64,000 nucleotides of DNA from Calditrichia bacterium (GCA_963796965.1 CAWCNS010000016.1:32001-96000), one strand, 5' to 3'; shown: positions 10,099 through 21,253, counted from the stretch's first letter. Notes: generated by a model from the sequence alone, not told the origin. Numbers and translations are program-made.

Positions 10099-11409
10099 AT
10101 GATTAAAAAGATAGGTGTTGTAAGAGAAACAAAAAACATATGGGAGCGACGTGTACCGCTTGTCCCTGCAGATGTAAAAGAACTCATTGATAAAGAAGGT
10201 ATTGAAGTTAACATTCAACCCTCTGAAAAGCGGATCTTTCCTGATTACCAATACAAATCCATTGGTGCTTCCATTAAGGAGGACCTGTCAGAATGTGAAT
10301 TAATTCTGGGGATCAAAGAAATAAAAATAAGTGATCTTTTGCCTGAAAAGGTGTATTGCTTTTTTTCCCATACAATAAAGGGACAGTCGTATAATATGTC
10401 CTTGCTTCAGCAATTACTTGATTCGCGGAGTACGCTCATTGATTATGAACGTATGGTTGATGAAGATAACCGGCGCTTAATATATTTTAGTTATCATGCC
10501 GGTGTGGCTGGAATGGTCGAGACGTTATGGGCATTTGGAAAACGCCTGGAATCGGAAGGCATTACAACACCTTTTAGTAAAATTAAGCAGACGTTAGATT
10601 ATAGCGATCAGCAAGAGGCAGAAACGGCAATTACAGAATTATCCAGGGAAATTAAAAAGAATGGCCTTCCTGCTTCTGTCTCACCACTGGTCATTGGTAT
10701 TACTGGATATGGAAATGTTTCGCGAGGTGTCCAGGATATGTTAGATCTTCTTTCCGTTGATGAGATCTCTCCTGCTGATATCTCTAAGATTCAGAGTCAG
10801 AATGATAAGCAATCAAATAAAATCTATAAAGTTGTCTTTAAGGAAAAAGACATGTATGAGCCTTTATCGGATTCGGAGGTGTTTGATTTACAGGACTATT
10901 ACACAAATCCGGAAAGATATAAGTCAATATTTTATAAATACTTATCCTCTTTAGGTATCCTTGTCAATGCCTCCTTTTGGGATACAGCCTATCCAAAACA
11001 TGTGACAAAGGGGGCCTTAAAAAATCTATCCCGGAAGAAAGAATCCCCTCATTTGCGTGTTATCGGTGATATAAGTTGTGACGTTGAAGGGGGAATAGAA
11101 GCTACGATGAAGGTCACAGATCCTGGCAATCCTGTTTTTGTTTATAATCCGGATGATGCATCATTCTCAGATGGGTTTGAGGGTGAAGGGATTGCAATTA
11201 TGGCTGTGGATAATCTTCCCAGTGAACTTCCTAAGGATGCATCTATTTACTTTAGTTCTGTATTGAAAACACTCTTACCAGACATAATAAATGTTGATTT
11301 TTCCCACGAGTTCGATAAATTAGATCTTTCTGAATCGAAAAAAAAGGCAATTATCACCCATAGGGGTTCTCTAACCGAAGATTATAAATTTTTAAATAAA
11401 TATTTGTAA
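10099..11409 (+). CDS. Lysine-ketoglutarate reductase/saccharopine dehydrogenase-like protein (AlaDH/PNT superfamily)
   Basis: RETKNIWERRVPLVP, FFSHTIKGQ, LIDYE, GYGNVSRG, DISCD, AVDNLPSELP. Confidence 0.85.
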   Translation: MIKKIGVVRETKNIWERRVPLVPADVKELIDKEGIEVNIQPSEKRIFPDYQYKSIGASIKEDLSECELILGIKEIKISDLLPEKVYCFFSHTIKGQSYNMSLLQQLLDSRSTLIDYERMVDEDNRRLIYFSYHAGVAGMVETLWAFGKRLESEGITTPFSKIKQTLDYSDQQEAETAITELSREIKKNGLPASVSPLVIGITGYGNVSRGVQDMLDLLSVDEISPADISKIQSQNDKQSNKIYKVVFKEKDMYEPLSDSEVFDLQDYYTNPERYKSIFYKYLSSLGILVNASFWDTAYPKHVTKGALKNLSRKKESPHLRVIGDISCDVEGGIEATMKVTDPGNPVFVYNPDDASFSDGFEGEGIAIMAVDNLPSELPKDASIYFSSVLKTLLPDIINVDFSHEFDKLDLSESKKKAIITHRGSLTEDYKFLNKYL

Positions 11410-11503
11410 AATAATTTTACTAAATATTGCGTCGTAGATGAAAATTGATATTTTGAGTATAGACTGGTTTTATAGAATTGTGAGATCTCTATATAATGCA
11501 ATT

Positions 11504-11741
11504 CATGAGTGTCCGGTTTAAAAATCCTAATCGAAGTTACATCAAAACATATCGGTGCCAGTCCCATTCTCTTGTAGAGAGAAGGGGCTCCATAAAGTCC
11601 CTCTCTTCTTCCCGTCAACGAGAGAGGAATCTTCGGAAGGGTGAGTTCTTTAAATCAAGTCCCAAAGTTAGGAAATTAATTATTTCAATTAATATTACAG
11701 TCTTTAATAACATCTGATTAAATCTTAACCGGACACTCATG
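11504..11741 (+). mobile_element. MITE copy 1 (238 bp)
   Basis: 15-bp TIR CATGAGTGTCCGGTT...AACCGGACACTCATG; 9-bp direct repeat AATGCAATT at 11495-11503 and 11742-11750. Confidence 0.92.
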
Positions 11742-11876
11742 AATGCAATTAGTTAAGTACCCAATGTCAATGCCGAAAAAAATCGAGAAAATATTGATAT
11801 CAGACACATGGATGTGGCTCAAAGTATGATACATTAATCATGAATGTAAAAAATATGAAGACAGGAGAAATGAGGA

Positions 11877-13139
11877 ATGTCTGAAACCAATAACCGTGTA
11901 GTCGCGAATCCAAATCATGTGATGGATGCAGAAGTTGTTGTAGGAATTCCATCTTATAATGAAGCGGACAATATCGCCTATCCGACAGATGTGGCCAGCA
12001 GAGGGCTAAGAGAACATTTTCCTGATAAAAAAGCTGTGATCATCAATGTGGATAATCATTCTCCTGATGGTACAAAGGATGTTTTTCTTAATACACCAAC
12101 TGAGGTACCAAAGATATATATCTCGACAGCACCAGGAGTAAAAGGGAAGGGTAATAATTTCCACAACCTTTTTGAAGCTGCTGTCGAATTAAACGCAAAA
12201 GCCATAATTGTGGTTGATGCAGATCTAAAAAGTATCACTCCACAATGGATTCGCTATCTGGGTGAACCGTTGATGGGACGTTTTGATTATGTGGCCCCTA
12301 TCTATGCCCGGCATAAATATGACGGTTCCATTACCAATCATATTGCTTATCCGTTGTTACGCTCCTTGTTTGGAATTCGTGTGCGTCAACCTATTGGCGG
12401 AGATTTTGGTTTTTCTGGTAAATTGGCCCGCGCCTTTCTTTCAGAAAAATTATGGAATGATAAAATTGCCAATTTTGGAATCGATATTTGGATGACAACC
12501 ATAGCCATCGCCCGTCGTTTTAATATTTGCCAGGCCTTTCTTGGAAGTGCAAAAGTCCATAATCCTAAAGACCCTGCTTCTGATCTTGGTCCCATGTTTA
12601 CGCAGGTTGTCTCCACTCTCTTTGATTTGATAACCGATTTTGAGTTTATTTGGAAAGATACATTCTCTTCAACTCCGAGTAATATTTATGGATTTGGACT
12701 TGGCGTTGAAGAAAAACCACCAACAGTGAATGTTAATCCTGATAGCCTCTTTGATAGTTTTATGGAGGGATTTAAGAAATATGGTAAAACATGGGAAAAA
12801 ATTATTCCCGCACCTGAGTTTATGCAAATAAGTAAACTACAGAAGGTCAAAGAAAAAAAGAACTTCTATTATTCAAGTGATCTTTGGGCCAGGGTGTTGT
12901 TTAATTTTGCTATAGCCTACAAGATGAATGAGATCGATAAAGATACCTTGATCGAATCGATGATCCCATTTTATCATTCAAGAGTTTTATCATTTGCCAA
13001 TAAAACAGAATCGGCAAGCATTAAAGAAGCGGAAGAATACCTGGAAAATGTAACCCGTGTTTTTGAAAAAGAAAAATATTATCTGGTACAACGCTGGGAT
13101 GCTTCAGTAAAGCATCTGGGACATAAATTGTTTAAATAG
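11877..13139 (+). CDS. Glucosylglycerate/mannosylglycerate synthase-like glycosyltransferase
   Basis: VGIPSYNEADNI, DNHSPDGT, GKG, DADLKS, RHKYDGSITN, RQPIGGDF, FGIDIWMTT. Confidence 0.75.
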   Translation: MSETNNRVVANPNHVMDAEVVVGIPSYNEADNIAYPTDVASRGLREHFPDKKAVIINVDNHSPDGTKDVFLNTPTEVPKIYISTAPGVKGKGNNFHNLFEAAVELNAKAIIVVDADLKSITPQWIRYLGEPLMGRFDYVAPIYARHKYDGSITNHIAYPLLRSLFGIRVRQPIGGDFGFSGKLARAFLSEKLWNDKIANFGIDIWMTTIAIARRFNICQAFLGSAKVHNPKDPASDLGPMFTQVVSTLFDLITDFEFIWKDTFSSTPSNIYGFGLGVEEKPPTVNVNPDSLFDSFMEGFKKYGKTWEKIIPAPEFMQISKLQKVKEKKNFYYSSDLWARVLFNFAIAYKMNEIDKDTLIESMIPFYHSRVLSFANKTESASIKEAEEYLENVTRVFEKEKYYLVQRWDASVKHLGHKLFK

Positions 13140-13259
13140 GGCGGACACCCCGTAGAACGGGGTCTTCGACGCGATCCGCCCCTACATTAATTATATTACC
13201 TTACAGAAACGCCATAGCATTTTTCTGTGTTTCACATTTGACATTTCACTTTTCACATG
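13138..13259 (-). repeat. Modular composite intergenic repeat, copy B
   Basis: Reverse complement of heptamer + CACAGAAAAA + CTGTAAGGTAAT + GTAG-REP modules. Confidence 0.8.
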
Positions 13260-13330
13260 TCGCTCCACGCTCTACGATTAATGCGCTTCTCTCCTCTCAT
13301 TTCCCTCTTCATCATGTTATTCTGTTTAAT

Positions 13331-14047
13331 CTAGGGATTAGAGGGGCGAATATCAATCTCACTAACCATGGCCCGCTGGGGTAGTTTGATCATATGGATG
13401 ATACTCTCCGCTACATCTTCTGAGTGCAGGATCCTGTCTCGTTTGGGATCAAATGTACCATGATGGTCGTCAAAAAAATTTGTGGCGACAGATCCCGGAC
13501 AAATAGCCAAAACCCTTACCCCGTTTTTTCTTTCCTCTAGCATGAGACATCTGCTAAAACCAATTACGGCATGCTTGGTAGCTGCATACCCGCCCCCATT
13601 TACAAAAGCGTTCTTTCCAGCTAATGAGGCAACATTTATAACCACCGATTCACCCGCTTCTCTCAAATGAGGTAGGGCCTCCCGGGTTGCTATAAATAAT
13701 CCACGTACATTTAAATTGAACATTTCATCCCAATCTTCGGTGGAAAAATCTGCTATGGCATGAAAATACCCAAAACCTGCATTGTTAATCAGAATATCCA
13801 GACCACCCAACGATTGTTTTGTTGTTTCAATATAGGATTTTATCTCTTCCTCGACACTCATGTCCCCCGCATGACTATAAACCCGGGCTCCTAATTGCCG
13901 TGCTTCATTGGCTGTTTCCTCAAGCAATTCACTATTTCTAGCAGAAATGGATATTGAGGCACCTTCACGAGCGAGTGCCAATGCAGTTGCTTTCCCTATC
14001 CCCTTGCTGGCGCCGGTGATACATGCTACTTTATTCTTTAATTCCAT
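13331..14047 (-). CDS. Short-chain dehydrogenase/reductase
   Basis: TGASKGIG, NNAG, YAATK motifs. Confidence 0.92.
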   Translation of the reverse strand: MELKNKVACITGASKGIGKATALALAREGASISISARNSELLEETANEARQLGARVYSHAGDMSVEEEIKSYIETTKQSLGGLDILINNAGFGYFHAIADFSTEDWDEMFNLNVRGLFIATREALPHLREAGESVVINVASLAGKNAFVNGGGYAATKHAVIGFSRCLMLEERKNGVRVLAICPGSVATNFFDDHHGTFDPKRDRILHSEDVAESIIHMIKLPQRAMVSEIDIRPSNP

Positions 14048-14229
14048 AATACTCCCCGTTAATATTTGATTCAATTATTGTATTCTTAAAAAGTAAAAAT
14101 TATATTGTTTTATTCCAACATTTCTTCAGCCAAAGCCAGGGCTATCAGTTTAATTGAGAGTATAGAGTTAAGAGTAAAGAGTAGAGGGTAAAAGAATTTT
14201 TAATGAAGAGAGAAGAGTGAGGGGTGTTG

Positions 14230-15624
14230 ATGTCAACGTTATTAATAAAGAATGGTAGAGTCATAACAGATAATCAGGACTATTTTTCTGATATTTTTGT
14301 CGAAAGAGGAATTATAACTACCATTTTTGATAAAATTGATACCCCGGCAGACCGGATTATTGATGCAAAAGGCAAGTATGTTATTCCGGGTGGTATTGAT
14401 GCCCATACACATTTGGATATGCCTTTAGGGGATATTTTCTCATCTGACAATTTTGAAACTGGAACCATTGCAGCTGCTATCGGTGGTACAACAACGATAC
14501 TTGATTTTCCAACTCAACGGCATAATCAACCTCTTTTAGAGGCCCTTGATATCTGGCGGCATAAAGCAGAAGGAAAGGCCTGTATTGATTATGGTTTTCA
14601 CATGATTATTACGGATATATCACATGCTGAGATAAATGATCTACGTTCATTGGTCGGAGAGGGTATTACATCTTTTAAACTATTTATGGCTTATCCCAAT
14701 ACCCTTATGCTTGATGATGATGCTATTTTTAAGGTGATGTGTGATGCACAAAAAATAGATGCTTTTGTCTCGGTACATGCAGAAAATGGACAAGTCATTG
14801 ATGCTTTGGTTAGATCAAATCTCTTGGAGGGTAAAAAGGCGCCAATTTATCATGCGCTTTCGAGACCGGCAGTTTTAGAAGGTGAAGCGGTGAACCGGGC
14901 AATATCTTTAGCTCAACTGTCCGGTGTTGTATTATATATTGTTCACCTTTCTACCAAAGAGGGTTTACACCATGTAATGGAAGCACGCAAAGAGGGTCTC
15001 CCGGTTTTTTCTGAAACATGTCCGCAATATCTGCTCACCTCTATCGATGATATGATCGCGGCGGGTGAATACGATAGTGCGAAGTATGTATTTACGCCGC
15101 CGCCAAGGGCGAAGGAAAATCAGAAAGAATTATGGAAAGCCATTTCCGATCGAAATATCCAGGTTGTAGCAACAGATCACTGCCCTTTTAATTTTGAGGA
15201 ACAAAAGAATCCTCCCGGTTCGGATTTTAGTAAAATACCCAATGGGGCTCCCGGTATTGAAAACCGAATACAACTTCTGTTTGAAAAGGGGGTCAATGAG
15301 AATAGAATTGGATTAAATCGTTGGGTTGAAATCTGTTCTACGGCTCCGGCAAAAATTTTTGGTATCTATCCTCAAAAAGGTACGATAGCGATCGGGAGTG
15401 ATGCTGATTTGGTCGTCTGGGATCCACAAAAGGAATTGATAATTTCTGCGAAAACGCATCATATGCAGGTGGACTATAATTTATATGAAGGAATGAAGAT
15501 AAAAGGTAATGCAGAGACGGTTATTTCCCGAGGGGAGATCATTGTTGAAAATGACAGTTTTGTTGGCAAAAGAGGCCGTGGAAGATATCTGAAACGCGGC
15601 ACGTTCTCTGGCGAATTGGTTTGA
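14230..15624 (+). CDS. hydA: Dihydropyrimidinase (D-hydantoinase)
   Basis: PGGIDAHTH, SFKLFMAY, VHAENG, ETCPQYL, TDHCPF, IPNGAPGIE. Confidence 0.9.
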   Translation: MSTLLIKNGRVITDNQDYFSDIFVERGIITTIFDKIDTPADRIIDAKGKYVIPGGIDAHTHLDMPLGDIFSSDNFETGTIAAAIGGTTTILDFPTQRHNQPLLEALDIWRHKAEGKACIDYGFHMIITDISHAEINDLRSLVGEGITSFKLFMAYPNTLMLDDDAIFKVMCDAQKIDAFVSVHAENGQVIDALVRSNLLEGKKAPIYHALSRPAVLEGEAVNRAISLAQLSGVVLYIVHLSTKEGLHHVMEARKEGLPVFSETCPQYLLTSIDDMIAAGEYDSAKYVFTPPPRAKENQKELWKAISDRNIQVVATDHCPFNFEEQKNPPGSDFSKIPNGAPGIENRIQLLFEKGVNENRIGLNRWVEICSTAPAKIFGIYPQKGTIAIGSDADLVVWDPQKELIISAKTHHMQVDYNLYEGMKIKGNAETVISRGEIIVENDSFVGKRGRGRYLKRGTFSGELV

Positions 15625-15882
15625 TAAATGTGAGACGTGAAACGTCAAATGTGAAATGCAAAAAAGAGATACGGGGTTTCGACCCATTTAAATATTCAAT
15701 ATTCAACACGGAATATTCAATGTTCTAGTATATCAACTGTCAATTGTGAACGATGAATGGTAAATTATGAATGATTCGTAGGGGCTTGTCCGTGACAAGC
15801 CCGGGAAGAAATGATCCCAGAAAATTTTCAATATAAAGAATTCGTGAAATTCGAATTAATTAGTGTAATTCGTGGATAAAAA

Positions 15883-16848
15883 TCAGTAAAAATTCCGGAT
15901 CCAGCGATAATCCTCCAGCTTCTTTATTAAGGAATCTGATAAAGGACCCTTTTTTATAAAATCCGTATTTGATTGGAGATGGTTACTTTTACGCATACCC
16001 GGTATTACAGTCGTAACAGCTGGAAAACTGATTGTAAACCTTAATGCTGCTTCAACAATCGAGTTTGTTTCCTCTTGTACATCCGCCTGGATTTTCTGGA
16101 CCCGATCCCAGACCTGCTGCTTGCGATCTCCGCGGAAATAGTTGTTACGCCAGTCACCGCGGGGAAATTCTGTATCAGGTTTAATATTTCCAGTTAGAGA
16201 TCCCTCATCCAATGGTACCCGGGCAATAACAGCGATCTTCTGCTCTTCGCAAAAGGGAAATAAATGGTCGATTGGAGATTGATCGAAAAGATTAAATATG
16301 ACCTGATAAGAATCAATGTAGCCTGTTTTGCCTGTTTCGATACCATTTTCAGGTTGATGATCATTTATTGAAATGCCAAAATAGCGCACTTTCCCTTGTT
16401 GTTTTAATTGATCGATGGCTTCTTTCCATTCATCATTATCGGCCCATTTATCATTCCAGACATGGAACTGTTGGAGATCGATATACTCACGGTTCAGGTT
16501 TTTTAGACTTTTCTCCGTCATTTTGATGATGTGATCTTTGGGATAAGAAGCCTCGAGAGTCGATTCATCACGAGCAGGCCATTCGAATTTCTTTGAAGGC
16601 ATTTTAGAGGTAATAAAGAGTTTCTTTCCACTTTCTTTTTCTACCTGTCCTAAGAGTCTTTCACTATGACCGTTTCCATAGACCAGGGCAGAATCAAAAA
16701 AATTAAGTCCATTATCTATAGCCAGATGAAGTGATTTCTTTGATTCCTTGTCTTCCGCACCGATCCACATGGTTTGTCCGATACCCCAGGCACCGTATCC
16801 TAAAAGTGAAATTTCTTCGTCCGAACGAGCAAATTTATTATACAACAT
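15883..16848 (-). CDS. Aldo/keto reductase
   Basis: GYGAWGIG, FFDSALVYGNG, IDLQQFH, GKVRYFGIS, TVIPG. Confidence 0.9.
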   Translation of the reverse strand: MLYNKFARSDEEISLLGYGAWGIGQTMWIGAEDKESKKSLHLAIDNGLNFFDSALVYGNGHSERLLGQVEKESGKKLFITSKMPSKKFEWPARDESTLEASYPKDHIIKMTEKSLKNLNREYIDLQQFHVWNDKWADNDEWKEAIDQLKQQGKVRYFGISINDHQPENGIETGKTGYIDSYQVIFNLFDQSPIDHLFPFCEEQKIAVIARVPLDEGSLTGNIKPDTEFPRGDWRNNYFRGDRKQQVWDRVQKIQADVQEETNSIVEAALRFTISFPAVTTVIPGMRKSNHLQSNTDFIKKGPLSDSLIKKLEDYRWIRNFY

Positions 16849-17138
16849 TCTACTACCTCATTATTATGGTTATAGTTACGTGTTAGAGACCGGGGGATAT
16901 AAATTAAAATACTATTTATATCTGCAAAATCATTTAATTAAAAATTACTAAATTTATTGCAGAGGTGAAAGATAATCTTGCCTGTTCGATTTCAAGAAAG
17001 CCAAATCGAGAGAACTAAAGAGATACTACATTTCGTCTGGCTATTTTTCAGTTCACCTTCAAAATACTACTGTTTAGAAAAAAAGTATTCACTATAAAGT
17101 TGATCTTTATTAAATTCCATATCTCAGGTTACCCATAG

Positions 17139-18551
17139 ATGGAGATAATAATGTTGAAAAATATAAAATTAACCTGTTTGATGCTCATTATTCTTTTTCA
17201 ATCAGATCTGTCCGCTCAACCTAAGTATGAACAGATTGTAATTCCTATGGAAGAAGCAATCTCTCGTGCGCTTAATAAAAATAATCGAGTGAAGGCCAGT
17301 GAATATGCTGTACAAAGGGCCTCCTGGGATCATTATCATTCCTGGACGCGATTGCTTCCTGTTCTTAGTTTTAGCACAAATTATACATCGATTGATGATA
17401 GCACCTATGCCTTGCGGGATTTTACACGCTATTTACCCTTTCCCGTGCCAAAAACGGTCTTCCAAAATTCTTTCTATTCCTATTTCAATGTTTCTATGCC
17501 AATTTTTAATGCATCAATATTAAATGGTATTGCAATGGCTGAAAGAAGTGAGAAGATGGCCGAGGAGTTAAGTGAGTCTGCCAGACGCACGATTATATTT
17601 CAGGTTATTCAGAGTTATCTGAATGTACTTAAAAATAAGGAAATACTCGATATCCAGAATGATTATCTGGATTTGTCCAAATTGAATTATGAAAAGGCGG
17701 AGAGATTATATGATGCTGGCCGCTACTCTAAAACAGATGCCATGCGTTGGCAGGTAGATTATCAACAGCAATTGAGTATTGTGACAACCAACCAATCTAA
17801 TTTACGTCGAAGTCGTATTATATTATCAAGACTCTTAAATGCTGCTCTTGGGGAATTTTTTGAAGTAGAAAAACGGATACCGAAACCACTTATTAAAGAA
17901 AGTGATGAGCTGCTTAAACTAACCGATCTCGATCTCCTCGATATGATACAGCTAAATGATGAAGATTTGATCCTGGCTAATTCGGCGTTAGCAGCTGGAA
18001 AAATGAGTGAAGAGATATCAGAATCAGCCTACCGGAATACATATAATGCCTATCTGCCAGTTGTGAATCTTACATATATCCATGCCTGGCGTGAAAATTC
18101 CACGATCGCTTTGGATGATTATTCACCAAAAACATTGCTTGTCAATCTTAGCGTCCCAATTTTTACTTCATTTCAGAATTTTACCCGGCTTAAATCTTCC
18201 TATTATGATTACCGTCGAAGTCAGGAAGAATTTAATGATCAATTGCTGAACATCAGATTTGTACTCACTGAGACAATCAATAAATTAATTAATCTTAAAA
18301 CGCAAAAAGAACTTTCTAAAATTAGTGTTGAATTTAATGAAAGAAATTATAATATCGTTGAACAACAGAGAGAAAAGGGACTTGTCTCAAATATTGAGTT
18401 GGTAGATGCAAAATTGAATCTTCAGGATGCCAATCTTTCTGATATTAGTAATTATTATGATTTTATATCAGGAATGGTTGAGTTGTATTATCTTTTAGGC
18501 AAACTTGATAAAATTGTTATGGAAGATATACTTAAGGTCAATGAGAATTAA
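17139..18551 (+). CDS. TolC-family outer-membrane efflux protein
   Basis: Signal peptide, two OEP-like repeats, first gene of MFP/RND operon. Confidence 0.85.
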   Translation: MEIIMLKNIKLTCLMLIILFQSDLSAQPKYEQIVIPMEEAISRALNKNNRVKASEYAVQRASWDHYHSWTRLLPVLSFSTNYTSIDDSTYALRDFTRYLPFPVPKTVFQNSFYSYFNVSMPIFNASILNGIAMAERSEKMAEELSESARRTIIFQVIQSYLNVLKNKEILDIQNDYLDLSKLNYEKAERLYDAGRYSKTDAMRWQVDYQQQLSIVTTNQSNLRRSRIILSRLLNAALGEFFEVEKRIPKPLIKESDELLKLTDLDLLDMIQLNDEDLILANSALAAGKMSEEISESAYRNTYNAYLPVVNLTYIHAWRENSTIALDDYSPKTLLVNLSVPIFTSFQNFTRLKSSYYDYRRSQEEFNDQLLNIRFVLTETINKLINLKTQKELSKISVEFNERNYNIVEQQREKGLVSNIELVDAKLNLQDANLSDISNYYDFISGMVELYYLLGKLDKIVMEDILKVNEN

Positions 18552-18613
18552 TTACGTTACAAAGTATCAGGATAAATTCTGGTATCCCGGATCCTAAATG
18601 GAGATTGATCAAC

Positions 18614-19729
18614 ATGAAATCAAATTCGAATCTTTTGCAGATTATCATTTTTACACTTCTGGTTTGGTTTACGGGATGTGAAAATAGCGATAATAAAAAT
18701 GCACCGGTAGCAGATCCCAAAATGATGGATGAGGTCTCTCAAAAAATTCCGGTTGAGATCTATATCGTCAAAAATAGAGAAGTTCAACGCGATTTTTCAT
18801 CTAGCGGCATACTTCAACCCAAACACAGCGTTGATATTGTGGCGGAGGTCGCTGGAAAAATTGAAAAAATCGAAAAATCAGTGGGAGACCATGTAACGCG
18901 GAATGATGTTTTAGCGCAAATAGACGATGCTATACCACTAAGCAATTATAAGCAAGCCAAGTCACAGGTTTTGTCGGCCGAAAATAATCTAAAAATAACC
19001 CGTCTTAACCTTCAAAGTGATGAAGAACTATTTAAGAGTGGTGATATCTCCAAGCTGGAATATGAAAATTCTGTATTAACAGTAAAAACAGCAGAAGCTA
19101 ATCATCTATCTGCCTTAGCCACCCTGAGTTTATTAGAGAAGGCTTATAATGATACACGTATTAAATCACCGATCAATGGGCAAATTTCAAGGAAATACAT
19201 TGATATCGGAAAAATGGTTAATCCCAATACCCCGCTTTACCGGGTGGTAGATCTTTCGCTGCTTAAACTGGAAATAGGCATGCCACAGGAATATATCAGC
19301 AATGTGCATAAAGGAACGCGGGTCCGTGTTGCTGTATCCGCATTGGGCGATGAGATTTTTGAAGGTCAGGTGAGGTATGTTTCACCGCAAGCCGAAGAGA
19401 GAACCGGATCTTTTGCAGTTGAAATTCATGTTAAAAACACTTCTAGAGAACGTTTAATGGCCGGTATGACAGCAAGGGCAGAGATCATTTTTGAGAATAG
19501 TTCAAATAAATTATTAGTACCGGATCATTCTCTTATAAAAAATAATGACAGCAGTTTTGTTTTTTTAATTGAAGGGAATCATGCCTCGCAAGTACCCGTT
19601 ATAGTCGGAGAGACTTATGGAAATTTTGTTACAGTAAATAACGGTTTAGCAGAGGGTGATTCCATTGTAACGGTGGGAATAAAAAGCCTTAATGACGGAT
19701 CCTCTGTTTGGGTAGAATCTGTTCAATAA
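18614..19729 (+). CDS. RND efflux periplasmic adaptor (MFP), lipoprotein
   Basis: FTGC lipobox; AEVAGKI..VGD; IKSPINGQI; LMAGMTA. Confidence 0.9.
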   Translation: MKSNSNLLQIIIFTLLVWFTGCENSDNKNAPVADPKMMDEVSQKIPVEIYIVKNREVQRDFSSSGILQPKHSVDIVAEVAGKIEKIEKSVGDHVTRNDVLAQIDDAIPLSNYKQAKSQVLSAENNLKITRLNLQSDEELFKSGDISKLEYENSVLTVKTAEANHLSALATLSLLEKAYNDTRIKSPINGQISRKYIDIGKMVNPNTPLYRVVDLSLLKLEIGMPQEYISNVHKGTRVRVAVSALGDEIFEGQVRYVSPQAEERTGSFAVEIHVKNTSRERLMAGMTARAEIIFENSSNKLLVPDHSLIKNNDSSFVFLIEGNHASQVPVIVGETYGNFVTVNNGLAEGDSIVTVGIKSLNDGSSVWVESVQ

Positions 19730-19744
19730 AAAAGAAGAAAGACT

Positions 19745-21253
19745 ATGAAGCTTATTCAATTAATATTAATACTCTCACTTTGTTTTCCTCTTTTTGCTGA
19801 TGAGGAGGAAGATAGGGTGAGAGATCTGGCCTTAAAGGGGATTGATCTCGCTACAAATCTCCATTATCAGGAAGCAGATGACATTTTTAAGGAAATTGTA
19901 CGTTTGCAACCGAAAAATCCGAGGGGATATTTCTTAAGATCGGCCACCTATTTTTGGATGTTTTCTGAAGATGTGAAAAATGAAGAAATAGGCGATAAAT
20001 TCCGTGACCTTTCCTACGAAGCGGCGGAAGTAGCCGAAGCACGGTTAGAAGAAAATGATGAAGATATTGATGCTATGTTTTTTCTGGGCGGTGCTTATGG
20101 AAGTCTTGGTAGATATTATGCCATGTCAAAAAGTTTTTTAAATGCCTATTGGTATGGCAAAAAAGGTGTGGGATATCTGGAAGATGTGATTGAGGCAGAT
20201 TCCACTTATTACGATGCCTATTTGGGACTGGGTATTTATCATTATCTTGCCGATGTATTACCACGTTTTGTAAAAATTCTTTCCTTTGTACTGGGTGTCG
20301 ATGGTGATAAAGAATTGGGTATTGTGGAATTGGATCTCGCTGCCAGGCAGGGATTTTACACCAAGACTGAAGCTATGTTTTTTTTAGGCGCCATTTACAC
20401 ATACCGGGAAAACGAATTTGAAAAAGCAATTGTTATATTTAATGATTTGCTAAAAAGATATCCCAATAATCCTGGCGCTCTGCTCAGTCTTGGACGCTGT
20501 TACTCTAATATGGGTGATTGTGATAGAGCAATTGAAGCATTTGAAAAAGTTTTAATAAACAAAGAGGGACAAAGCAGATTACCCCGGGGAAGCATATTCT
20601 ATCAGCTTGGCGATGTTTACTATAAGAAAAATGATTTTAATAATGCCGCAGAAAATTTTCTGCTGGCTATTGAGAGTGATACGGCTGAGGTTGGCAAGCG
20701 ACGTTGGATATATCCAAGATCTCAATATAAATTGGCCATTTGTTATACGATTCTGGGAGATACAACAAGAGCGAGGGAGTATCTGAAACAAATTAGCGAG
20801 GATGACAATGAGCGTACCTTTGAGCGTGCGCAGGAACGTCTGGTAAAATCATGGAGTGAATTTGAGATTGCATTGATTAAAGCAGAAAACCTGAGAGAAT
20901 GTAACCAGTATGATGCATCTCTTTATAGTCTTAACGAAATTGAACGTAGTTATAGCAACACAAATGATCCGGATGTGAAAATGAATCTGGTTGAAGTTGC
21001 CTATCGCAAGGCCGAGATTTATTATGAAAAACAGCAATATGATAAAGCAATTCCTCAGTTCCAGAATATTATAGCATTAGAAAACGATAAAAAAGAATGG
21101 ATGGACCACTGGTCTTATTTTTATCTGGGAAATTCCTATAAATCTCTTGGTAAATACGCCGAGGCAGAAGAAGCTTATGATGAAGCCGAAGATACGGATA
21201 ACGACCGGCTCCTCGAAAAAATTGAAAAAGAGAGAAACGGCTTACCGGAATAA
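19745..21253 (+). CDS. Secreted tetratricopeptide-repeat protein
   Basis: Signal peptide; multiple TPR-like repeats (e.g. YFYLGNSYKSLGKYAEAEEAY). Confidence 0.8.
   Translation: MKLIQLILILSLCFPLFADEEEDRVRDLALKGIDLATNLHYQEADDIFKEIVRLQPKNPRGYFLRSATYFWMFSEDVKNEEIGDKFRDLSYEAAEVAEARLEENDEDIDAMFFLGGAYGSLGRYYAMSKSFLNAYWYGKKGVGYLEDVIEADSTYYDAYLGLGIYHYLADVLPRFVKILSFVLGVDGDKELGIVELDLAARQGFYTKTEAMFFLGAIYTYRENEFEKAIVIFNDLLKRYPNNPGALLSLGRCYSNMGDCDRAIEAFEKVLINKEGQSRLPRGSIFYQLGDVYYKKNDFNNAAENFLLAIESDTAEVGKRRWIYPRSQYKLAICYTILGDTTRAREYLKQISEDDNERTFERAQERLVKSWSEFEIALIKAENLRECNQYDASLYSLNEIERSYSNTNDPDVKMNLVEVAYRKAEIYYEKQQYDKAIPQFQNIIALENDKKEWMDHWSYFYLGNSYKSLGKYAEAEEAYDEAEDTDNDRLLEKIEKERNGLPE

Noticed and set aside
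11382..11717. Short ORFs over MITE copy 1 (and similar ones at 414-649, 2861-3088, 6634-6852, 44543-44746, 45511-45783)
   Set aside because: They are translations of repeat DNA, low in complexity and without protein motifs
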